Positions 57,359 through 64,000 of a stretch of DNA of 64,000 bases are shown in pieces (position 1 is the stretch's first letter; each line of letters opens with the position of its first letter). Under the pieces are notes generated by a model. It was not told the DNA's origin and searched no databases. It worked only from the letters and a program-made list of their open reading frames with translations. The stretch lies in the NCBI GenBank assembly GCA_030647095.1, contig JAUSKH010000043.1, forward strand, positions 1,732 to 65,731. Reading direction: 5' to 3'. The position numbers and the translations under genes were made by a program. The DNA comes from Nanobdellota archaeon (GTDB lineage: Archaea > Nanobdellota > Nanobdellia > Pacearchaeales > GW2011-AR1).

Positions 57359-57617
57359 ACAATTTCTTCCAGAAAGACTTTTTTGTTGAAAGCTCTTTTG
57401 GCTCTATAATTTCGTGTTGGATTTCTGGCTTTGTTTTTAGAATAGGGGCTTCTTCGGCAAGTCTTATATCTACTGCTTTCAATGCTTTTTCTACTTCAAG
57501 ACGAGGATAGCCTTGGTTGATTAGCGCCCACCTTAATGAATCCTTGGTGTAGCCTTTTTTAAGATTCTTTTTCAAGTAGTCTGTTATATCTTGCATGTAC
57601 TTTCTATCTTTTATCAT
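57351..57617 (-). CDS. Hypothetical 88-aa protein
   Basis: ORF only. Confidence 0.3.
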   Translation of the reverse strand: MIKDRKYMQDITDYLKKNLKKGYTKDSLRWALINQGYPRLEVEKALKAVDIRLAEEAPILKTKPEIQHEIIEPKELSTKKSFWKKLFS

Positions 57618-57648
57618 TTGGTTTGTTGGTAAGTGGGATATTTAAATT

Positions 57649-59124
57649 TTATTCTATTTTTATTTTGATGGGATGGGATGAATTAAAGAAATTTATGCCT
57701 TCTGCAAGCTTCTCTTTTGATTCTGAATAGAGGGTAAGCAAGGGTTCTTCTCTCTTGATTTTGTTTCCTACATGCTTGTTAAGATAAATTCCTGCTGCAT
57801 GATCTGATGGACAGCCCAAAATTCTTGCTAAAAGATTTATTGATTTATTATCGATAGATATTACTTTTCCTGAAAGTTTAGATTTAATTATTCTAGTGAA
57901 TTTAGCTGGTTTCAAGAGGGTTTTCTTTCTTCCTTGAGCATCTATGATTTCATTAAATTTCTTTAATGCCCTGCCGGAAGTTAAGATTTCCTTAGCAAGT
58001 TTTCTGCCTTGACCTTTTGGAGCTTTTTTCATCATTTCTAGAATAGTAGCAGCTAATAGAATGGACTTTTCTTCTAAATCTTTTGGAGGATTTTGTTGCT
58101 TTAGTACGCTGATAACATCTAACATTTCTAAAACAGGACCGAGGCCATTACCAATAGGTTGGGAACCATCTGTAAGAATTACTTTTATATTTAATTTAAA
58201 ATGGCTGGCAACTTTTAGAAATTCCTTGCTCAATAATTTTGCTTCTCCAAAAGAAACTTTTGCACCATTTCCATAGGGTATGTCAATGAGAATATGTTTA
58301 CTACCTGCGGAGATTTTTTTTGCAATTATAGAAGCAATAAGCTGTGCTTCTGGGTCTATATTAAGAAGCCTTTCGACTCGTATAAGTTTATCATCTGCAG
58401 GAGCTAGGCCAAGAGAACCCCCCCAGGCGAGACAGGCATTTGTCTTTTTTACTATTTCTCTTAATCTTTCTGCAGATAAGTTAACGTTCGCAAGTGTTTC
58501 TATAACATCTGCAGTTCCTGCTGCACTAGTTATCGCTCTTGAGGAAGTTTTAGGCATGATAATGCCTGCTGCTGCACATATAGATATTACAATAGGTGTA
58601 GTTCTGTTACCTGGAATACCACCAATTGAATGCTTATCCGCAATATTATTAGAATGCCAATGGAGAACTTTTCCTGTTTTTGCCATAGCTTCTGTTAAAC
58701 TCAGCGTCTCTTCAAAAGACATTCCATGTTCGTATACTCCTGACACAAAATATGCTATTTCTGCCTCAGTAAGGGAATTGTTAATTATTGCATTAATAAT
58801 TTCACGTATTTCTTGGTTGTTTAGTTCTTTTCCTTCCAGTTTTTTTAGTATATATCTTGTGCTTTTAGGTGAAAGAGCCAGAGAAACGGTTATTTCTTCT
58901 CCTTCTTTAACACCAAGAAATGATGTGGCTTCCCTAGAAAGGGAAATCTGATGATTTGTTAGCAGTTGTTCTGCCAAGTCTACGATTAAAATAAGTTTTT
59001 TTCCATTATATGTTATTTCAATTCTCTCCCCTTCGTGAATGTTATGCTGTTCTGCAAAACCCTTATTAACGAATGCTATAGGGCGACCAGCTTCTAGTTT
59101 AAGTAGTTTAAATTTTAGTTTCAT
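57649..59124 (-). CDS. AMP phosphorylase (archaeal thymidine-phosphorylase-family AMPpase)
   Basis: N-terminal extension plus HSIGGIPGNRTT, PKTSSRAITSAAGTADV and WGGSLGLAPADD. ~490 aa, the length typical of AMPpase rather than TP. Confidence 0.8.
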   Translation of the reverse strand: MKLKFKLLKLEAGRPIAFVNKGFAEQHNIHEGERIEITYNGKKLILIVDLAEQLLTNHQISLSREATSFLGVKEGEEITVSLALSPKSTRYILKKLEGKELNNQEIREIINAIINNSLTEAEIAYFVSGVYEHGMSFEETLSLTEAMAKTGKVLHWHSNNIADKHSIGGIPGNRTTPIVISICAAAGIIMPKTSSRAITSAAGTADVIETLANVNLSAERLREIVKKTNACLAWGGSLGLAPADDKLIRVERLLNIDPEAQLIASIIAKKISAGSKHILIDIPYGNGAKVSFGEAKLLSKEFLKVASHFKLNIKVILTDGSQPIGNGLGPVLEMLDVISVLKQQNPPKDLEEKSILLAATILEMMKKAPKGQGRKLAKEILTSGRALKKFNEIIDAQGRKKTLLKPAKFTRIIKSKLSGKVISIDNKSINLLARILGCPSDHAAGIYLNKHVGNKIKREEPLLTLYSESKEKLAEGINFFNSSHPIKIKIE

Positions 59125-59291
59125 TGTCTCTTTTAAGTTAAATTTGATATTTGAGTCTGTGCTAACTTAAAAACGTTTCTTTTGGTAATTCTCTGTGCCT
59201 CAAAGTCCAAGAGACTTTGAAGAGTCCTAAATATTATACAAGTACTTTTTGATATATTTTTGAGTATAGTAAAGATTATAAATAACCCTTA

Positions 59292-59942
59292 ATGAATATC
59301 AATATGCGCGTCGTAGAAAGCACAAGAGTTGAAATTGAAAAAAAGATTGCCCCCATGGGTGATTATGTGAAAATGGAATACCTTTCTCAATGCTTGAAAC
59401 AATCTATTGATTTTGACACAAGAAAGTTTGTTTTATCAAAATTAGCAGCCTTATATGAAAGTCGAGGCATGTTCCTTGAAGCAGGAAAACTTGTAAGAAA
59501 TGCTGCAGATATACATACAAATTTCCAGGCAAAAATAAATGAGTTTGTAAAGTCCGGCGAGTTATTTGTTAAGGCAGGTAATTATGATGAGGCAGATATC
59601 TCTTTTAGAAGAGCATTATCGGATGCAACTCCTTTACAAAGAAAAGAAATAAAGGATAAGATAAAAAAAATTTACATATCCCAAGCTAAATCTTATGGAA
59701 CAAAAGATAAAAGAAAGCATGCTATGAAAGTATATGAAAAATTACTTACTTTGGATATTAATCTTACAGAAAGAAAAGAAGTTCAGACGACATTGATGCA
59801 GATTTATGAAAATTTAGGCAAGATAAAAGAATTCTATGCAATGAAAAGGGCTTTAGAAAATCCTCAGCCTATTAAAATGAAAGAATCTGAAGAAAGAGAA
59901 AGATTCGGGGAAGAAGAGATAAATACATTTCTAAGAAGATAA
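59292..59942 (+). CDS. Hypothetical 216-aa helical protein
   Basis: ORF only. Confidence 0.35.
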   Translation: MNINMRVVESTRVEIEKKIAPMGDYVKMEYLSQCLKQSIDFDTRKFVLSKLAALYESRGMFLEAGKLVRNAADIHTNFQAKINEFVKSGELFVKAGNYDEADISFRRALSDATPLQRKEIKDKIKKIYISQAKSYGTKDKRKHAMKVYEKLLTLDINLTERKEVQTTLMQIYENLGKIKEFYAMKRALENPQPIKMKESEERERFGEEEINTFLRR

Positions 59943-60259
59943 TTTTTTAAATTTTCTATAATATTCCTAAGACATATAGCAACATCTAGGACATTAAAAT
60001 GAAAACTCCTTTAAGGAGTCAAAAAGAATTATTCTGAAACTGATTCAAGACCTTCAAAAAGTTCTTCTTCGTCAACATCGTCATAGCTGCCGAAGTCTTT
60101 GCTGTCTTCTAATTTTTCTGTGCTTTGCACCTCTTTTAGTGCCATAGTAAGTTATTCTTTTTTGAGCCTAATAGTATTTAAATGTTCTTGTTTGAAGAAT
60201 AATTTTTCAAGCATTTTAACTAACAATAGGTTTAAAAAACCATTTTCTGTTAAGAATGC

Positions 60260-60397
60260 ATGGCACAATACAAATGTTTTAAATGTGAGAAACCGATAAG
60301 CAACAAGGTCTTAGATAAGAGATTTGTTTGTCCTCATTGTGGTTCTAAGATTTTTTATAAGCCTAGAGGGCATATAGTAAAGCTTAAGGCGGTATAA
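60260..60397 (+). CDS. rpoP: DNA-directed RNA polymerase subunit P (Rpo12) (45 aa; not in the ORF track)
   Basis: MAQYKCFKCEKPISNKVLDKRFVCPHCGSKIFYKPRGHIVKLKAV, the C-x2-C...C-x2-C Rpo12 pattern. Confidence 0.6.
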   Translation: MAQYKCFKCEKPISNKVLDKRFVCPHCGSKIFYKPRGHIVKLKAV

Positions 60398-60403
60398 TTT
60401 TAT

Positions 60404-60763
60404 ATGAAGATTGATGAAGAGACAAATAAAAAGATAGAGGAATTACAGTTTCTAGAACAGCATACACAGCATTTACTGGCTCAAAAACAATCTATACAAA
60501 TAGAGCTGAATGAAGCAAATAATGCTCTTGTAGAATTGGAACGTACTAAAGATGAAGTCTATAAGATCTTTTCTGGAATTATGATAAAATCAGATAAGGA
60601 AATTTTGATAAAAGAAATAAAAGAGAGAAAAAAGATTCTGGAAATGCGTTTTGATTCTGTAGATAAACAAAGTATCTTAATTCAGAGAAAGGAAGAAGAG
60701 CTAAGTAAAGAGATAAATAAAACTTTGTCGGATAATTCTGGTAAAGCTTCTAATAAAAATTAA
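60404..60763 (+). CDS. pfdB: Prefoldin beta subunit
   Basis: 119-aa coiled-coil protein, ELQFLEQHTQHLLAQKQSIQIELNEANNALVELE...DEVYKIFSGIMIK. Confidence 0.65.
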   Translation: MKIDEETNKKIEELQFLEQHTQHLLAQKQSIQIELNEANNALVELERTKDEVYKIFSGIMIKSDKEILIKEIKERKKILEMRFDSVDKQSILIQRKEEELSKEINKTLSDNSGKASNKN

Positions 60764-60769
60764 TAGTAT

Positions 60770-61051
60770 AGAGAGTTTTAAAAAGTTTTTGAGGATTTTT
60801 CAAAACTCTCTAAGAAGGACTCAAAGAACAAAATTCTTTGATATGTCAAGATTTGCATGAAACAAATCTTGATCACAGCAAAAATGGAAACATTTTTGTG
60901 CCATCAAAACTTTTCAAGTTTTGAGGTGCTCAAGAACCCGAGTATGCCTTGGAATTTATTTCGAGGGTTCTTGACACAGTCAACTTTGACAAGTTGAAGT
61001 CTTTGAAAGAAGGGAAAAACAAGGATTATTCAAAGTCCTCTATAGCTACAA
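60770..61051. mobile_element. MITE-like element, full-length copy (~280 bp) with tatagag terminal inverted repeats
   Basis: Ends atagagagtttt... and ...gtcctctatag. Shares both termini with 19140-19283 and its internal part with 22132-22215. Confidence 0.65.
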
Positions 61052-61107
61052 GTTAATGGTAATAGTGCTACAGCAATATTTATATACTCTTCAAGATAAA
61101 ATCTAAT

Positions 61108-61494
61108 ATGGCATTTAATATACGTCGGATGTTTGGTAAATCTGGGAGTGAAGAGGAATATCTTGAAATAGACCTTGATGCTGTAAAGCCACAGGAAAAT
61201 AAAATTATTGTAAGACCCTTTACAATGAGAACCTACGAAGATGTTAATGACGTATTGAATTCTCTTCGAGAGGGGTACACTATTGCTATAATTGACATTA
61301 AACCTTTGAAAACAAAAGATATTATTGAATTGAAAAGGGCAATTGCCAAGATAAAAAAGACTGTTGACGCGATTGAAGGTTCGATTGCTGGTTTTGGAGA
61401 GAATACTATAATTGCTACACCTCAATTTGCGAAAATACATAAGCCTATTGAGAAGAAAGTCGAGAAGAGAGCTGATTTTATTAGCGATTACTGA
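61108..61494 (+). CDS. sepF: Cell division protein SepF-like (FtsZ anchor)
   Basis: IIVRPFTMRTYEDVNDVLNSLREGYTIAIIDIKPLKTKD...IAGFGENTIIATP matches the SepF core. Confidence 0.65.
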   Translation: MAFNIRRMFGKSGSEEEYLEIDLDAVKPQENKIIVRPFTMRTYEDVNDVLNSLREGYTIAIIDIKPLKTKDIIELKRAIAKIKKTVDAIEGSIAGFGENTIIATPQFAKIHKPIEKKVEKRADFISDY

Positions 61495-61606
61495 TTAAGT
61501 TATTTTTAGGTATTTTATAAATATATTTGACATTGTTTCCTCTATATTAAATGTTAAAATTTTCTATTACAATAACATTTATATAGTTTATTGAAATCTT
61601 TTAATT

Positions 61607-61936
61607 ATGACATCCACTCCTGTAGATTTACCAAAAATGGTAACTGGAGAAACCCTAGAACAAGCTTGCGTGAAAGCAGCTGAAGATATGGGTTACAAAG
61701 CAAGACCAAAAGATGAATTTAGCATAAGATATTCTTTAGGTTCAATTCACCAGCATAATGATTATGATGAAACAAACATAAGAATAGGAAATTTAATTCC
61801 GGCATTACAAGTAAGAGGAATTGAAAAAGGAAAAGATCAAAATAGATTCTTTATCTGGACTGGTTGGCCCCACGGTCTTGCTTCGAATAAAAGAGTTCAA
61901 GAATATTTAAGCGCGATTTCTAAATATCTTTTATAA
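61607..61936 (+). CDS. Hypothetical 109-aa protein
   Basis: ORF only. Confidence 0.3.
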   Translation: MTSTPVDLPKMVTGETLEQACVKAAEDMGYKARPKDEFSIRYSLGSIHQHNDYDETNIRIGNLIPALQVRGIEKGKDQNRFFIWTGWPHGLASNKRVQEYLSAISKYLL

Positions 61937-62007
61937 TTATCTATCTCCTAAGATGGTGCACAGTTTGTAGCCTATCTTATAGTCTACCAATATGATCTTA
62001 TTTCTAA

Positions 62008-62376
62008 TTATTTTTGTGCAAGTGAAAAGACGGTCTTGAGAGCTACAACAATAGTTGCAGGAACAAACATGGCGAGAAGAGCTGATAGGACAGAGGATAC
62101 TATTCTTCCTATTGCAATTCCTCTGATTGCTGCGTCCAAGACAATTCCTTGCATACCTGCATAACTAACTATTACTAACGATACTGCTGCAAAAAGAAAT
62201 GTTTGCACGTCTTTCTGATATACAAAATATCCGACGATAAGACCTAATACTGCTAGTATACCTGAAATAAGTGGATTAGAATATTGTCCGGCAAAGATAC
62301 CAAGCAAGACTGCTAGTATCACTCCTATTAAAAATGCCCAGGCTCCTATAAGATTCTCCCTTGCTTTTATTGGCAT
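62008..62376 (-). CDS. Hypothetical multi-TM membrane protein
   Basis: 122 aa with 3-4 hydrophobic helices. Confidence 0.4.
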   Translation of the reverse strand: MPIKARENLIGAWAFLIGVILAVLLGIFAGQYSNPLISGILAVLGLIVGYFVYQKDVQTFLFAAVSLVIVSYAGMQGIVLDAAIRGIAIGRIVSSVLSALLAMFVPATIVVALKTVFSLAQK

Positions 62377-62545
62377 GTCATCTCCTCTTATATTCTAGTA
62401 TAGGTATTTATTTAAACTTTATGTTACTGACGTGAAAATCATAGTTTGATACGAGAGTTTATATCGGACTAACACCCTAAAAATGAAAAATCTCCTATTA
62501 CCGAAAAATTTAAATACCCTTTTGTAATTGATAAGTTACAACAAA

Positions 62546-64000
62546 ATGAACACTAAATTAAATACATTCGTTTTTTGCTTGCTTTCTATTGTCTTACTAG
62601 CAAGTATTACGAGCGCGGCAGATTTAACTGTTAGTTTAATAAACGCACCTCAAAATGTAACTCCTAATGCAGGTTCATTCATAGTGAAATTTAATGTTAC
62701 ATATACCGGTCCTAGTTCTAGTGCTAATATTAACTTTGGTGATTCTCAAATAGTTGGTGGAACTGGTACTATTATAAGACCTAACGTTATTTTGGCTCAA
62801 AATCAATCATTATTGCTTGATGCTACTATTAATTTTCCTTCACATCAACCTGCAAATACTCTTCTTCAAGGAATAATAAAGGCAAAGACTGGAACTACTA
62901 CAGCAGAAAGCGACACTTTCTCTGTCAGAATTCTTCCTGTAGAATCAATTACTATTACTAAGATAAAAGATTTAACTACTGCTCAAAATGGAACAATAAA
63001 TGTAACGAATACAGGAAATGTTGATTTGTCTAATATTAATTTGGCTTCTTCGGGAAGTCTTTCGCTAATATTCTCTCCTGCATCAATATCCTCACTATCA
63101 ATGGGTAGCTCACAGATTGTAAATGTATTGCCTAATCTGGACGTTAGCAGTTTGCAATTCGGAAGCAATAGTGCAACTGTACAGGCGACTAGCGGAAGTT
63201 TTACTTCTAATTCTGTATCTATGGAATTAAGAAAATCTTTCTGTAAGAATGGACCTGCGGGAACAAATCTTACAATAGATAGAGTAAAAATCACAAACAG
63301 TGGTGACAAAGATGACAAATGGAGACCTTTAGATCAGGTTACTGTTGATGTTAAATTTAGTAATGACGGAGATGATAACATTGAAGATATAATTGTTGAG
63401 CTAGGCTTATTTGATAGTAAAGGAAAGAATATTGCAAATAATTTTGATTTTAAAAACAAGGATGAAGAGAGTATAAACTACGGGACATTAGATAATGGAG
63501 ACAGTGATGAAGTAAGCTTTGAATTTACTGTGCCTGCTGATTTTGATATAGGAAATTACAGACTTGCAACCAAAGTATATAGTGATGATACTGGTGAAAG
63601 CAAAGATTGTATTGATAATAGTGATAGCGGACTTGATGATGATTTCTTCCAACAGATTGAAGTAGAAAGAGAAACAGACAATGAAAAGTTTATTGCTTTT
63701 GATAATATTGTTATAAGCCCTTCTGAAGCTAGCTGTGGAGATAGTGTAACTTTAACAGTGGATGCTTTCAATATTGGTGATCAGGATCAGGATCAGGTTA
63801 GAATAAACCTAGTTAACAGTAAACTTGCGTTAGATAACTACAAAGAGATTAAGGGGGGATTAGATAAGGGAGATAATGAAGGAGTTAGCTTTAGTTTTAA
63901 TATTCCAAAGAATGTTAAAGATGATACTTATAATCTTGAATTAACAGCTGATTATGATTATAATAGTAGACTTGGAGAATATAGAGAACATTCTGCAGAT
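62546..64000 (+). CDS. Secreted surface protein with repeated CARDB-like domains (partial; continues beyond the window; absent from the ORF track)
   Basis: Signal peptide MNTKLNTFVFCLLSIVLLASITSA. Repeated patterns DLTVSLINAPQNVTPNAGSFIVKFNVTYTG, TITKIKDLTTAQNGTINVTNTGNVDLS and VISPSEASCGDSVTLTVDAFNIGD. No stop codon before position 64000. Confidence 0.6.
   Translation, partial: MNTKLNTFVFCLLSIVLLASITSAADLTVSLINAPQNVTPNAGSFIVKFNVTYTGPSSSANINFGDSQIVGGTGTIIRPNVILAQNQSLLLDATINFPSHQPANTLLQGIIKAKTGTTTAESDTFSVRILPVESITITKIKDLTTAQNGTINVTNTGNVDLSNINLASSGSLSLIFSPASISSLSMGSSQIVNVLPNLDVSSLQFGSNSATVQATSGSFTSNSVSMELRKSFCKNGPAGTNLTIDRVKITNSGDKDDKWRPLDQVTVDVKFSNDGDDNIEDIIVELGLFDSKGKNIANNFDFKNKDEESINYGTLDNGDSDEVSFEFTVPADFDIGNYRLATKVYSDDTGESKDCIDNSDSGLDDDFFQQIEVERETDNEKFIAFDNIVISPSEASCGDSVTLTVDAFNIGDQDQDQVRINLVNSKLALDNYKEIKGGLDKGDNEGVSFSFNIPKNVKDDTYNLELTADYDYNSRLGEYREHSAD

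Noticed and set aside
58061-58951. 71-aa and 223-aa plus-strand ORFs within the AMP phosphorylase gene
   Set aside because: Antisense to a well-supported CDS. The longer GC-biased core of AMPpase generates open antisense frames.
60034-60150. 38-aa acidic minus-strand ORF (MALKEVQSTEKLEDSKDFGSYDDVDEEELFEGLESVSE)
   Set aside because: Plausible small acidic protein but no recognisable family. Too short to support without comparative evidence.
62983-63771. Minus-strand ORFs (111 and 71 aa) near the window end
   Set aside because: They lie antisense within the long plus-strand CARDB-domain surface protein ORF (62546 onward), which has a signal peptide and repeated domain architecture.
1-64000. 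CRISPR array search
   Set aside because: All repeat families found are 2-3 dispersed copies with no regular repeat-spacer periodicity. No cas genes were recognised.

Overview
This is an AT-rich (roughly one-third GC) archaeal window, almost certainly DPANN-like. The informational genes are archaeal: a NusA-S12-S7-EF2-EF1alpha str-type cluster (2.7-9.9 kb), RpoN, FtsZ, SecE, FKBP, aIF5A, L40e, and Spt5-L11-L1-P0-P1 (41.6-45.8 kb), then L37ae, RpoP, prefoldin-beta and SepF. These are interleaved with many secreted or membrane cysteine-rich surface proteins and accessory material. The accessory and mobile content is as follows. (i) A 137-bp structured repeat is present in 3 copies; two identical copies bracket an inverted SecE-surface protein-FtsZ block. 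(ii) A ~105-bp two-hairpin element has 2 copies, one downstream of S7 and one downstream of P1. (iii) A MITE-like element has 3 copies, one of them disrupting an FNR-like oxidoreductase gene. (iv) An IS6-family IS sits with a RelE-type TA pair, small zinc-ribbon proteins and a truncated MCM N-domain (38.2-41.4 kb), at the place where secE normally sits upstream of spt5. (v) A 3-kb island (49.5-52.6 kb) is bounded by 37-bp direct repeats that duplicate the tRNA-Ser promoter; it carries an AbiEi/AbiEii pair, a PD-(D/E)xK-like protein and a frameshifted K/R-rich repeat protein. (vi) Tandem integrations at the 3' end of tRNA-Ser(UGA) (52.7-55.5 kb) are marked by three copies of a GC-rich 12-13-bp att core and contain a DUF4143 AAA ATPase but no integrase. 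Other notable genes: a DacZ-type diadenylate cyclase; a receptor-like class III nucleotidyl cyclase with a large extracellular domain; an SLT-domain lytic transglycosylase-like protein; ODC plus a homospermidine-synthase-like polyamine pair; AMP phosphorylase; a LemA-HtpX pair; a squalene/phytoene synthase-family enzyme; and L11 with an ~100-aa Ala/Lys-rich tail. Several uncharacterised ORFs are tightly embedded inside the conserved translation operons. No CRISPR array and no rRNA were seen. Two tRNAs were found (Pro-UGG and Ser-UGA). Several real genes shorter than 60 aa (L40e, RpoP, zinc-ribbon proteins) and the partial CARDB surface protein at the window end are absent from the ORF track.
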